Below, in pieces: positions 8,895 through 17,702 of a stretch of 64,000 nt of DNA. The position numbers were made by a program, and so were the translations under genes. How positions within the stretch are numbered: position 1 is the first letter of the stretch; every line of letters starts with the position of its first letter. The notes beneath the pieces are model-generated. The model ran no database searches. It worked only from the letters and a program-made list of their open reading frames with translations, and had not been told where the DNA came from. The stretch is from Candidatus Multivorans sp. (GTDB lineage: Bacteria; Acidobacteriota; Thermoanaerobaculia; Multivoradales; Multivoraceae). Location: assembly GCA_965203495.1 (NCBI GenBank), contig CBDBDB010000017.1, forward strand, positions 91,674 through 155,673. The letters are read 5' to 3'.

Positions 8895-10475
8895 ATGAAC
8901 GAGAGAGCGCTCCGCATTCCCGTCACGACGTTCGCCCCGGCGGCGACGCTGGCCGGCGCGCTCGTCGCGCCATTCCCCGTCGCGGCGACCGATGCGCCGA
9001 CCTACACGCGCGACGTCGCGCCGATCTTCTTCAGCAACTGCGTGCAGTGCCACCGAAGCGGCGAAGTCGCGCCAATGTCGCTGATGACCTACCGGGAAGC
9101 GCGGCCGTGGGCCCGCTCGATCGCCCGCGCCGTCGAGAACCGGGACATGCCGCCGTGGAGCGGCGAGTCCGAGAACCACGTCTGGTCGAACGACCTCTCG
9201 CTGACCGACGGCGAGATCGACACGATCGTCTCCTGGGCGAAGTCCGGCGCTCCGCAGGGCGACCCCGCCGACCTGCCCGAGGCGCCGACCTTCCCGAAGG
9301 GCTGGAAGCTCGGCGAACCCGACTTCGTCGTCACGCTGGACAGCGTCGACGTCCCGGCCGACGGCGAGGATCTCTTCCCGCAGCAGGTGGTCGAAGTCGA
9401 CCTCGGCGAGCCGCGCTGGGTCCGTGCCATCGAGTTCCTGCCCGAGGACTCGCGGGTGACCCATCACTTCCTGACGACCTACGTGAGCAAGCTGACCGAA
9501 GGCGATCCCGCCACGACCGGCGTCCTCGGCATCTGGACGGCCGGCATGCCCCCCTACGTCTTCCCGGACGGCGTCGGCCGCCGCTTCGGTTCGAAAGTCC
9601 GCATCATCGTCGATCAGCACTACCATCCGATCGGCGAAGCGACCCGCGACGCCTCGCGGATCGGTCTCCACTTCGGCGACGGCGAGCTCCAGAAGGAGGT
9701 CGTCACGATTCCGGTGACGAACACCGGCCTGCGCATTCCGCCAGGCGCCGGCCACCACGCCGAGAACGCCCACTTCCTGTTCAACCAGGACGTCAGGATC
9801 CTCGCCTTCAGCCCCCACATGCACGTCCGCGGCAAGGCGATGACCTACGTCGTCACCTACCCGGACGGCGCCGCCGAGACTCTGCTAGACGTGCCGAAGT
9901 ACGACTACAACTGGCAGTGGCTGTACTACCCGACCAGACCGATCGACATTCCGGCGGGCAGCCGCCTGGATGTCACCGCCGTCTGGGACAACTCCGAGGA
10001 CAACCCCGCGAACCCGGACCCGACGCGGGAAGTCATCTATCGCGGCGACACGTTCAGCGAGATGTTCAACGGCTTCATCGAGATCGTCCAGAAGGAAGGC
10101 GTCTTCTTCGAGCATCAGAACCAGAAGGAGCAGATCCTCGACCTCCTGGCGCTGCACCCGCCGCGGGACTCCTGGGTGTCCGGCGGCTTCATGGGCTTTC
10201 ACGTTCCGCGCGAAGGCGAAGGCTGGCTCTACATGGGCGGCATCTTCTCCATCGTCCTGGACGACTTCCAGTGGCAGGGCGACGCACTGCGGATCACGAC
10301 GCAGTTCCCCACCTCCAACGCGAGCGCCACGACGACCGTCATCGAGGGCCGGCTCAACGAGCAGGGTCAACTCCAGGGAACGGTCACGATCGGTGCGGAC
10401 ACCGACCAGCCGCAACGGATGCCGCTCTTTGCCGAGCCCGTCGGCGGCGCGGCGGCGTCATCCGCCGGTCCCTAA
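8895..10475 (+). CDS. Second heme c + type-II copper monooxygenase paralog with extra C-terminal domain
   Basis: CVQCH...MPPW; THHF, QHYH, PHMHVRGK, DVPKYDYNWQ, SEMF. Confidence 0.85.
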   Translation: MNERALRIPVTTFAPAATLAGALVAPFPVAATDAPTYTRDVAPIFFSNCVQCHRSGEVAPMSLMTYREARPWARSIARAVENRDMPPWSGESENHVWSNDLSLTDGEIDTIVSWAKSGAPQGDPADLPEAPTFPKGWKLGEPDFVVTLDSVDVPADGEDLFPQQVVEVDLGEPRWVRAIEFLPEDSRVTHHFLTTYVSKLTEGDPATTGVLGIWTAGMPPYVFPDGVGRRFGSKVRIIVDQHYHPIGEATRDASRIGLHFGDGELQKEVVTIPVTNTGLRIPPGAGHHAENAHFLFNQDVRILAFSPHMHVRGKAMTYVVTYPDGAAETLLDVPKYDYNWQWLYYPTRPIDIPAGSRLDVTAVWDNSEDNPANPDPTREVIYRGDTFSEMFNGFIEIVQKEGVFFEHQNQKEQILDLLALHPPRDSWVSGGFMGFHVPREGEGWLYMGGIFSIVLDDFQWQGDALRITTQFPTSNASATTTVIEGRLNEQGQLQGTVTIGADTDQPQRMPLFAEPVGGAAASSAGP

Positions 10476-11323
10476 CCCTCCGTCGCCCGATTCAGTCGAT
10501 CGCGGATCTCGCCGAGCCGCGACCACTCCTGGAGCGCGATGGGCAGCGCGACGCTCGACTCCACGAACTCCCAGGAGTAGCTGAGAATCGCGAAGATCGC
10601 GCCCGCCGTGATCATCGGGATCGTCGCGGAGATCCACACGTTGCCGAGGACGAAGGCGAACATGACGGCGAAGATCCCGCCGTAGAGGACGGCCTCGGTG
10701 TCCGACAGCCGAACTTCGCTCCGGCGCAGCTTCCCGAGGTGGCTTGCGAGCGACTTCATGCGGCGCTTCTCCAGAATGGAGACTTGGTGTTCCATCTGCG
10801 CGTTCAGTTCGCCGTTCAGCCGGTAGAAGCGCCGGTGGAAGAGCGCGTAGATCAGAGTGATCGCGGCCAACGCACCGAGAGCGGCCAGTCCCAGGCGGCG
10901 GTCGAAGCCGAAGAGGACCGCAACGCTCACCAGCAGTTGCACGACACCCGTGAGCACCCCCGGCACGTGCCCTTCGAGGAAGTCGACCATCTCCCGACTC
11001 ATGCCGAGGCGCGCGTTGAGCCGCGAGACCGGCGCCTCCCGCGAACGGCGAACGAGCTCGGCGCCGAATCGAACACGGATCGTTCCGTAGCAGCGGGTGT
11101 CGTGGAAGCGTCGGACGGTGGCGACCACGATCAGCGCCGAGAGGATCGCGGCCACCTCCCAGAGAGCGCTTGGACGCCGCTCGAGCAGCGCGTCGATGGC
11201 GCGGCCGATGAACAGCGGCGCCAAGGCCCAGAGGATGTTCTCGAGCAGGACGAGGAACCAGGTAACGAGAATGCGGCCCCTGAAGTTGCGGAACAGGAGA
11301 CCAACGCCGAGAGCGCCTTCCAT
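10472..11323 (-). CDS. ABC transporter six-transmembrane domain protein (ABC_membrane_3-like)
   Basis: LVLLENIL..PLFIGRAID, RRFHDTRCY, SREMVDFLE; several TM helices; no ATPase domain. Confidence 0.75.
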   Translation of the reverse strand: MEGALGVGLLFRNFRGRILVTWFLVLLENILWALAPLFIGRAIDALLERRPSALWEVAAILSALIVVATVRRFHDTRCYGTIRVRFGAELVRRSREAPVSRLNARLGMSREMVDFLEGHVPGVLTGVVQLLVSVAVLFGFDRRLGLAALGALAAITLIYALFHRRFYRLNGELNAQMEHQVSILEKRRMKSLASHLGKLRRSEVRLSDTEAVLYGGIFAVMFAFVLGNVWISATIPMITAGAIFAILSYSWEFVESSVALPIALQEWSRLGEIRDRLNRATEG

Positions 11324-11372
11324 CTGTCTTCCCCCTGAGTGTCGATGTCGAACCCCGTGGCGTCGCGAGGCT

Positions 11373-11481
11373 ACCGGGCCTCCTCCGGGGCCAGCGCCGA
11401 TCATGAACCACGCCTGCCGCCGTGCGGATCGAGGCGGCCGAGAAGCACCGGGCATCCTCCGAGGCCAGCGCCGTTCATGAA
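11373..11481 (+). repeat. Two 35-bp direct repeats (3 mismatches) separated by 39 bp
   Basis: ACCGGGCcTCCTCCGgGGCCAGCGCCGaTCATGAA at 11373-11407 and ACCGGGCaTCCTCCGaGGCCAGCGCCGtTCATGAA at 11447-11481. Confidence 0.85.
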
Positions 11482-11575
11482 GCCCCGCACGGGCGCCGAG
11501 GGACGGCGCCGCCGAACGAGAAGATCCGGCGTCTGGCGGCTCCGCTGAACCGAACGGCTGGAAGAATGGGAGACC

Positions 11576-13084
11576 ATGCCGACAATGAACAGACCCGGGA
11601 TCGCCGGCGGCGCCGCCGCGCTCTTGCTGCTCGCGCTGATCGCGGCCGTCGGCCTCGTCGCGGCCCGTCTGCTGCGAGACCCGGACGTCCATGCCGGCGG
11701 CGCCGCCGCGCCAGCTCCTCCTCGTGCGGCCGCGACGGAGACGGAGACCGTTCAGGGTTTCCTCTACGGTCGCGTCACCACCAGGAGCGGCGCAGCCTAC
11801 GAAGGGCGGCTGCGTTTCGGCGGCGACGAGGAAGCGTTCTGGGGCGACTACTTCAACGGCGTCAAGGAGAGAAACCCCTGGGCCGCGGACGTGCCGGCCG
11901 AGCGGCGGACCGAAAGCCGGCCGGTCACCGTCCTCGGCGTCGAGATCGCCCGACGCAGGCGACAACTCGACCTCCGCCGGCCGTTCATGGCCCGTTTCGG
12001 CGACATCCGGCGCGTCGAGCCGGACGGCCGCCAACTCCTGGTGACGCTCAAGAGCGGAACCGGGTTCGTCCTCGACCGCTTCGGCGCCGACGATTTCGCC
12101 GACGGCGTCCGGGTATGGGACGACCGGCACGGCGTCGTCAACCTCGGCGAACGTCGAATCCGGGCAATCGAGTTCCTCCCGACCGCCGATCTGCGGACGG
12201 TTCCGGATCGGCTGCACGGCACGGTACGCACGCCGCGGGGGAGCTTCACCGGCTTCGTCCAGTGGGACCCGCGGTCCGGCGTCGGCGCCGACGAGCTCCA
12301 GGGCCGAGCCGCCGACGGGGAACTCAGCCTGCGCTTCGACGCCATCCGCGCGATCGCGCGCGACTCGGCCGACAGCGCACTGGTGACGCTGCGCGACGGC
12401 GGCGAGTTCGTCCTGTTCGGCGGCCGCGGCCATCGCGGCGTTGCCGTCGACGACCGGCGCTACGGCCGGGTGCTCGTTTCGTGGGAGGCGTTCGAACGCC
12501 TGGACTTCAGCGACGCCGGCGGCAGCGGCCCCGCCTACGACGACTTCCCGGCCGGGGCGCCGCTCTCGGGCGCCGTGATCACCCGCGCGGGCCGGCGCCT
12601 CGCCGGCCGGCTGGTCTTCGACCTGGACGAGAGCGAAACGACCGAAACGCTGGACGCGGCCGCGAGCGGCATCGACTACACGATCCCGTTCGGCCTGGTC
12701 GCGTCGCTCGCGCTTCCTGCCCAGGAGGGCTGTGGCGGCGGCCGGCACGCCAGCGTGACATTGCGCGGCGGCGAGAACCTGGAGCTCGACTGCGCCGGCG
12801 ACCTCGGCGACGGCAATGCCGGCATGCTGATCTTCACGGACGGCGGCGAAGGCGCCGAGTACGTCGCGTGGAGCGACCTGGAGCGGGTCGAATTCGACAT
12901 CGCGCCCGACCTCGACGCAGCGGAGACGTCCAGTCCGGGAGGCTGTCCCGCCGTAGCGGGACCTTCTCCCTCGCGTCGGCTCGACGGCGTGTCGGCTACC
13001 CCTCGCCGCCTTCAGGCCGAGGGCCCGCCCCAGCGGCGGCCGCGCACCCTCGCTACGGACTTCGGCGAGACAGGCAGGCTATAG
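11576..13084 (+). CDS. Hypothetical membrane-anchored protein with three internal beta-rich repeats
   Basis: N-terminal TM; repeated units LYGRVTT..GRLRF / LHGTVRT..GFVQW / LSGAVIT..GRLVF, each followed by VTL(K/R)xG. Confidence 0.75.
   Translation: MPTMNRPGIAGGAAALLLLALIAAVGLVAARLLRDPDVHAGGAAAPAPPRAAATETETVQGFLYGRVTTRSGAAYEGRLRFGGDEEAFWGDYFNGVKERNPWAADVPAERRTESRPVTVLGVEIARRRRQLDLRRPFMARFGDIRRVEPDGRQLLVTLKSGTGFVLDRFGADDFADGVRVWDDRHGVVNLGERRIRAIEFLPTADLRTVPDRLHGTVRTPRGSFTGFVQWDPRSGVGADELQGRAADGELSLRFDAIRAIARDSADSALVTLRDGGEFVLFGGRGHRGVAVDDRRYGRVLVSWEAFERLDFSDAGGSGPAYDDFPAGAPLSGAVITRAGRRLAGRLVFDLDESETTETLDAAASGIDYTIPFGLVASLALPAQEGCGGGRHASVTLRGGENLELDCAGDLGDGNAGMLIFTDGGEGAEYVAWSDLERVEFDIAPDLDAAETSSPGGCPAVAGPSPSRRLDGVSATPRRLQAEGPPQRRPRTLATDFGETGRL
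12941..13075. repeat. REP-like nested inverted-repeat element in the 3' end of the 11576 ORF
   Basis: CTGTCCCGCCG/CGGCGAGACAG and CCGTAGCG/CGCTACGG arms. Confidence 0.5.
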
Positions 13085-13161
13085 ACTGGCGCAGAGACCC
13101 CAGCCGGTCCCGGGCCAACCCCCAACGGCGCGGGTCTCTCGGCTTGAAAGGAAGGCAAGGC

Positions 13162-13599
13162 ATGAACACGCGTCCCCGATCGTCGTTGGCGCTGGCGGGC
13201 CTGCTGGTCGTCGGCGCGGCGGGATTCTGTCCGGCCAGCGGTCAGGAAGAGGAGCGGGTGGACTACCTCGAGGACGTTCAGCCCATCCTGGAGAGCTTCT
13301 GCTACGAGTGCCACGGCGAGGACGCTTCCCGCCGCGAAGCGGATCTCCGCCTCGACGTCAAGGAACTGGCATTCGAGGATCTGGGCGGCTTCCCCAACAT
13401 CGCGCCCGGCGATCCCGCCGACAGCGAGCTCTACATCCGCGTGAGTTCCGAGTTGCTGGAGATGCGGATGCCGCCGTACGAAGCCGGCACGCAGTTGACC
13501 GAAGAGCAGATCGAGACGATCCGGCTGTGGATCCTGCAGGGGGCCGAGTGGCCCGAGGCGGAAGAACCAGCGGAAGACAACCAGGAGATTCACGAATGA
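13162..13599 (+). CDS. Monoheme c-type cytochrome (planctomycete cytochrome C-like)
   Basis: Signal peptide; VQPILESFCYECHG, LRLD, PGDPADSEL, MRMPP, IRLWILQGA. Confidence 0.85.
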   Translation: MNTRPRSSLALAGLLVVGAAGFCPASGQEEERVDYLEDVQPILESFCYECHGEDASRREADLRLDVKELAFEDLGGFPNIAPGDPADSELYIRVSSELLEMRMPPYEAGTQLTEEQIETIRLWILQGAEWPEAEEPAEDNQEIHE

Positions 13600-14885
13600 C
13601 CCGACACGCCATGGCGCGACTCATCCCGCGCGTCGCGCTCCCGCTCGCGGTCGCCATTGCCGCCCAGGCCGTCGCGCAGACGGGGTACGGCGACGGCCGC
13701 GGCGGCATCCCCCGCGTCGAACTCCCCGACGAGCCGTGGATCATGAACACCCACGCGATTCCCGAAGTGGAGGTCTCCGTCGTCGTCCGCGGCATCAACC
13801 GCCCGTGGTCCCTCGCCTTCCTGCCCGAGGGCGACATGCTGATCACCGAACGCGGAGGCGCCCTGCGCCTGGTCCGGGACGGCGTGCTCGTCGACGAACC
13901 GATTGCCGGCGTTCCCGACGACGTGCTTGCCCGCGGCCTCGCCGGCATGATGGAAGTCGCCATCCACCCGCACTTCGTCGACAACGGCTACGTCTATCTC
14001 ACCTATACCCGGCAGATCTCCGGCCGCGAGGGCACGGTCGCCCTGGTTCGCGGCAGGTTCGACGGCGCCTCCCTCGTCGACCTCGAGGACGTGTTCGTGG
14101 CCGAGCCCTGGGGCGGCTCGGTCGCCGCCGCCCGCCTCGCCTTCGTGCCCGGCGAGGACATCATGTACATGACGATGGGCGGCGCCTTCGGCGCCGACCT
14201 GGTCGACGGCACGCAGAGCTTCTTCGGCCACGCCAGGCTGGCACAGGATCCGGGCAGCCACGCCGGCAAGACGCTGCGCCTGCGCCTGGACGGCAGCGTG
14301 CCGGAAGACAACCCCTTCGTCGGCATGGAGGAGCACAAGCCCGAGATCTACTCGATGGGGCACCGCAACCAGATGGGGCTGGCGCTCCATCCGGAGACCA
14401 ACCAGCCGTGGACCACCGAACACGCCCCGCAGGGCGGCGACGAGCTGAACGCGGTCGAAGCCGGCAAGAACTACGGCTGGCCGGTCGTCTCCTACGGCCG
14501 CCACTACAACGGCGTGCGCATTTCCGAGCGCTTCTGGGCCGAAGGCATGGAGGAACCGGCGATCTTCTGGTTGCCCTCCATTGCCCCCTCCGGACTCATG
14601 TTCTACACCGGCGACGCCTTCCCCGAGTGGAAGGGCAACCTGTTCACCGGCGCGCTGATGACCGGCCGGATACCGAACACCGGCCATCTCGAACGGCTCA
14701 TGTTCAGCGACAAGGGCGAGGAGCTCGGCCGGGAGTGGCTGCTCAAGGAGGTCGGCAAGCGCATCCGCGACGTCCGCCAGGGCCCCGACGACCTCATCTA
14801 CGTCATCACGGACGAAAGGGACGGCGCGCTGCTCAAGCTGGCGCCGGTCGAGAAGGCGGAAGAGGAAGGGGCCGACCCGGCCTGA
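13596..14885 (+). CDS. PQQ-dependent sugar/aldose dehydrogenase (GSDH/YliI family)
   Basis: PWSLAFLP, GKTLRL..DGSVPEDNPF, YSMGHRN, EH.PQGGDELN, NYGWP, RIRDVRQGPD; ATGA overlap with the cytochrome gene. Confidence 0.92.
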   Translation: MTRHAMARLIPRVALPLAVAIAAQAVAQTGYGDGRGGIPRVELPDEPWIMNTHAIPEVEVSVVVRGINRPWSLAFLPEGDMLITERGGALRLVRDGVLVDEPIAGVPDDVLARGLAGMMEVAIHPHFVDNGYVYLTYTRQISGREGTVALVRGRFDGASLVDLEDVFVAEPWGGSVAAARLAFVPGEDIMYMTMGGAFGADLVDGTQSFFGHARLAQDPGSHAGKTLRLRLDGSVPEDNPFVGMEEHKPEIYSMGHRNQMGLALHPETNQPWTTEHAPQGGDELNAVEAGKNYGWPVVSYGRHYNGVRISERFWAEGMEEPAIFWLPSIAPSGLMFYTGDAFPEWKGNLFTGALMTGRIPNTGHLERLMFSDKGEELGREWLLKEVGKRIRDVRQGPDDLIYVITDERDGALLKLAPVEKAEEEGADPA

Positions 14886-15036
14886 TCGCAGCCAGGTACG
14901 CCTCGCAGGGCTCGCAGCGGACGCCCCGGATCTCCAGTCGCTCTTCGCCGCGGTACAGGAAGCGGGCCCGAGCCTCCGGACAGTCCTTCAGGAAGGCGCG
15001 CAGACCCCGCGGATCCGGAAACCGATCCGCGACCAC
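14886..15036 (-). pseudogene. C-terminal remnant of a DUF4143-type ATPase
   Basis: RGLRAFLKDCPEARARFLYRGEERLEIRGVRCEPCEAYL resembles the end of AAA/DUF4143 proteins. Confidence 0.45.
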
Positions 15037-15059
15037 TCCACGCCGGCGCTCCCGGCGCG

Positions 15060-15971
15060 TTACTCCGTCTTCTTGATCACGACGAACGTGATGTCGTCCT
15101 CCGGGGCCGCGAAGGCGAGCAGGTCCTTCCTGAGCCGCTCGCAGATCTCCGGCGCCGACTCGCCGCGGACGGCCTCGAGCAGCGCTTCGGCGCGTTCCTC
15201 CAGATACCGGCCTCCGCCGTGCTCGGCGAAACCGTCCGTGTACAGCAGGAGCAGGTCGTCAGCCTCGAGCAGTTCCACCTCGCTGACCTCGTAGGGCCGC
15301 TTGTAGCCGAGCGGCCCGGGGTCGACGCGTTCGTCCATGTAGGCGTTCGAGGCGAACATGCCGACCGGCGGAAAGCGGACGAGCTGGTCTTCCGACAGGT
15401 GCTCGATGCAGCCCGGTCGGCCGGCGAACACCAGGGGCGCCGGGTGGCCGGCCGAAAAGAAGCGGAACCGGCCCTGCTCGGACACCTCTCCGTAGACCAT
15501 CGTGAGGTACTTGTTCAGAGTGGTCGACTTGTAGAAGCGCTGGTTGATGTGCTCGAAGAGCCGCGTCGTGATCTCGCCGAACAGGTCGAGCTCGTAGTAC
15601 GCCCCGAGCAGAAAGGCCTGGTGGAGCATGGCCGCGACCAGGGCGTCGGTCACCTTGTGCCCGGAAACGTCGGCCACGAGGACTCCGGTCCGCTGCCGGC
15701 ACTTTCGCAGGCCGGCGACGACCGCCGCGCGGCCCGCCGCTTCCGCCTCGCGCAGCCGGCGCTCCAGGTCGTACCGCTGCTTGAAGTCGAGGTAGATCAG
15801 GTGGTCGCCGCCGATGGCCCGCAGCAGCGGTATCGAGATCCCGTGCACCTCCACGCCGCGCAGGCACGGCAGGTCGCCGGGCGCCGGCTTCGTCGCCAGG
15901 GCGATCTCCTCGAGATTGGCCAGCTCGGCGCGAAACTCGGCCTGCCAGGCATCGGTCGGACTCCGAGACAC
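15060..15971 (-). CDS. PP2C-family (SpoIIE-like) Ser/Thr phosphatase
   Basis: IGGDH, VADVSGH, SAGHP, LYTDG, DDIT; AGGAG RBS before GTG at 15971. Confidence 0.88.
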   Translation of the reverse strand: MSRSPTDAWQAEFRAELANLEEIALATKPAPGDLPCLRGVEVHGISIPLLRAIGGDHLIYLDFKQRYDLERRLREAEAAGRAAVVAGLRKCRQRTGVLVADVSGHKVTDALVAAMLHQAFLLGAYYELDLFGEITTRLFEHINQRFYKSTTLNKYLTMVYGEVSEQGRFRFFSAGHPAPLVFAGRPGCIEHLSEDQLVRFPPVGMFASNAYMDERVDPGPLGYKRPYEVSEVELLEADDLLLLYTDGFAEHGGGRYLEERAEALLEAVRGESAPEICERLRKDLLAFAAPEDDITFVVIKKTE

Positions 15972-16210
15972 AACGGCTCCTATGGCGGTCGACGACCGTG
16001 GCGGGCGGAGGGCGCCGCCGGCGCGGCCGAGGCGCGAAATGGCTGCGCCGTACCATGACCGGCGCTCCGCCAGGGAGTCTACGCGCACGCGCGGGCAACC
16101 ACAACGAGAAACCCGCAGGCGTCGTTCGACCGCCCGGGGCCGTACCCGCGAGGCGGCGGCCACCCGCATGCCCCGTCCGATCGGGGACTGGCCGGCGCCG
16201 CGGGGCGACG

Positions 16211-16300
16211 TGGCGGAGGGGGTGGGATTCGAACCCACGGTGGACTTTCGTCCACGCCGGTTTTCAAGACCGGTGCTTTCGACCACTCAGCCACCCCTCC
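16211..16300 (-). tRNA. tRNA-Ser(TGA)
   Basis: GGAGGGGTGGCTGAGTGG..CCGGT-CTTGAAA-ACCGG, long variable arm, ends CTCCGCCA. Confidence 0.97.
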
Positions 16301-16340
16301 GGACGACCGCGCAACCCCGGGCCGCTGGCCTGACGCCTGG

Positions 16341-17633
16341 CTAGCCTGACACGATGCGGTCCACCCCGCCGACGTAAGGCCGGAGCGCCTTGGGGATGCG
16401 CACGGATCCCGACGCCGTCTGGCAGTTCTCCAGCAGCGCGACCAGCGTACGGCCGACCGCAAGGCCCGAGCCGTTCAGGGTATGGACGTGGCGCAGGGCG
16501 CCGCCGCCCCGAGGTCGATAGCGAGTGCGCACCCGCCGCGCCTGGAACGCCTCCGCGTTGCTGCAGGACGAAATCTCCCGGTACGCCGCCTGGCCCGGCA
16601 GCCAGACTTCGAGATCGTAGGTCTTGGCCATGGCGAACCCCATGTCGCCCGTGCTCAGGCAGACGACCCGATAGGGCAGTTCGAGTCGCTGGAGCACCTT
16701 CTCGGCGTGGGCCGTCAGCTGTTCCAACGCCTCGTGGCTGGCTTCGGGCCGCGTCAACTGAACGAGTTCCACCTTCTGGAACTGGTGCAGGCGGATGAGT
16801 CCACGGACATCGCGGCCATACGAACCCGCCTCGGCCCGGAAGCAGGGCGTGAGCGCCGCGTACCTGAGCGGCAACTCGTCCTCCTCGAGCACCTCGTCGG
16901 CGTGCAGGTTGACCAGAGGCACCTCGCCGGTCGGGATGAGGTAACGCGCGTCCGGCTGCACGTGGAAGAGGTCTTCCTCGAACTTCGGAAGCTGGCCGCT
17001 GCCCAGGAGGCACTCCCGCTTCGCCAGAAACGGCGGCGCCACCTCGGTATAGCCATGCTCCTCGGTATGGAGATCGAGCATGAAGGCGGCGAGCGCCCGT
17101 TCCAGGCGGGCGCCCATTCCCACGTACGTCACGAACCTGGCGCCGGCGAGCTTCGCGCCGCGCTCGAAATCGAGAATCCCGAGCTCGGGTCCGATGTCCC
17201 AGTGGTTCTTCGGCTCGTAGTCGAACCGGGGCGGTTCGCCGACCACCCGCTCGACCCGGTTGGCCGCATCGCCGGCGCCGACCGGAACGGACTCGTGCGC
17301 GATGTTCGGCACCTGGAGTTCGGTCTCGGTCAACTCCCCCTCGGCCGTCTCGACGGCCTCGGCGAGGTGGTCGATGCGCACCTTCAGCCCGGTCATTTCC
17401 AGGATCAGGTGCTCGGTGTCTTCCTTCTTCGCCTCGCCCTGAGCCTTCAGCCTGCCGATCTCCTGACCCGCCAGCCGGCGGCGATGACGGAGCTCCTCGA
17501 GTTCGGCGAGCGCCTCGCGGCGGCGGCGGTCGCTGGTCGTCCACCGATCGACCAGCGCCGGGTCGATGCCACGCGCTTCGACCGCCGCGGCAACGCGCTC
17601 GGGTTCGCTTCTCAGCAGTTCTCGGGGCAACAT
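16341..17633 (-). CDS. serS: Serine--tRNA ligase
   Basis: YLIPTGEVPL, CFRAEAGSYGRDVRGLIRLHQFQKVE, EISSCSN, HTLNGSGLAVGR. Confidence 0.97.
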   Translation of the reverse strand: MLPRELLRSEPERVAAAVEARGIDPALVDRWTTSDRRRREALAELEELRHRRRLAGQEIGRLKAQGEAKKEDTEHLILEMTGLKVRIDHLAEAVETAEGELTETELQVPNIAHESVPVGAGDAANRVERVVGEPPRFDYEPKNHWDIGPELGILDFERGAKLAGARFVTYVGMGARLERALAAFMLDLHTEEHGYTEVAPPFLAKRECLLGSGQLPKFEEDLFHVQPDARYLIPTGEVPLVNLHADEVLEEDELPLRYAALTPCFRAEAGSYGRDVRGLIRLHQFQKVELVQLTRPEASHEALEQLTAHAEKVLQRLELPYRVVCLSTGDMGFAMAKTYDLEVWLPGQAAYREISSCSNAEAFQARRVRTRYRPRGGGALRHVHTLNGSGLAVGRTLVALLENCQTASGSVRIPKALRPYVGGVDRIVSG

Positions 17634-17702
17634 CGCGGTGGCAGTCTTCCAACGTTCGCCCCCAAGGGCAAGGATCGTCAAGACGATGAGCGGAACCAGC
17701 AG

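Noticed and set aside
11345-11368. Weak similarity to the tRNA-Glu 3' end (possible att site)
   Set aside because: Too many mismatches and no integrase
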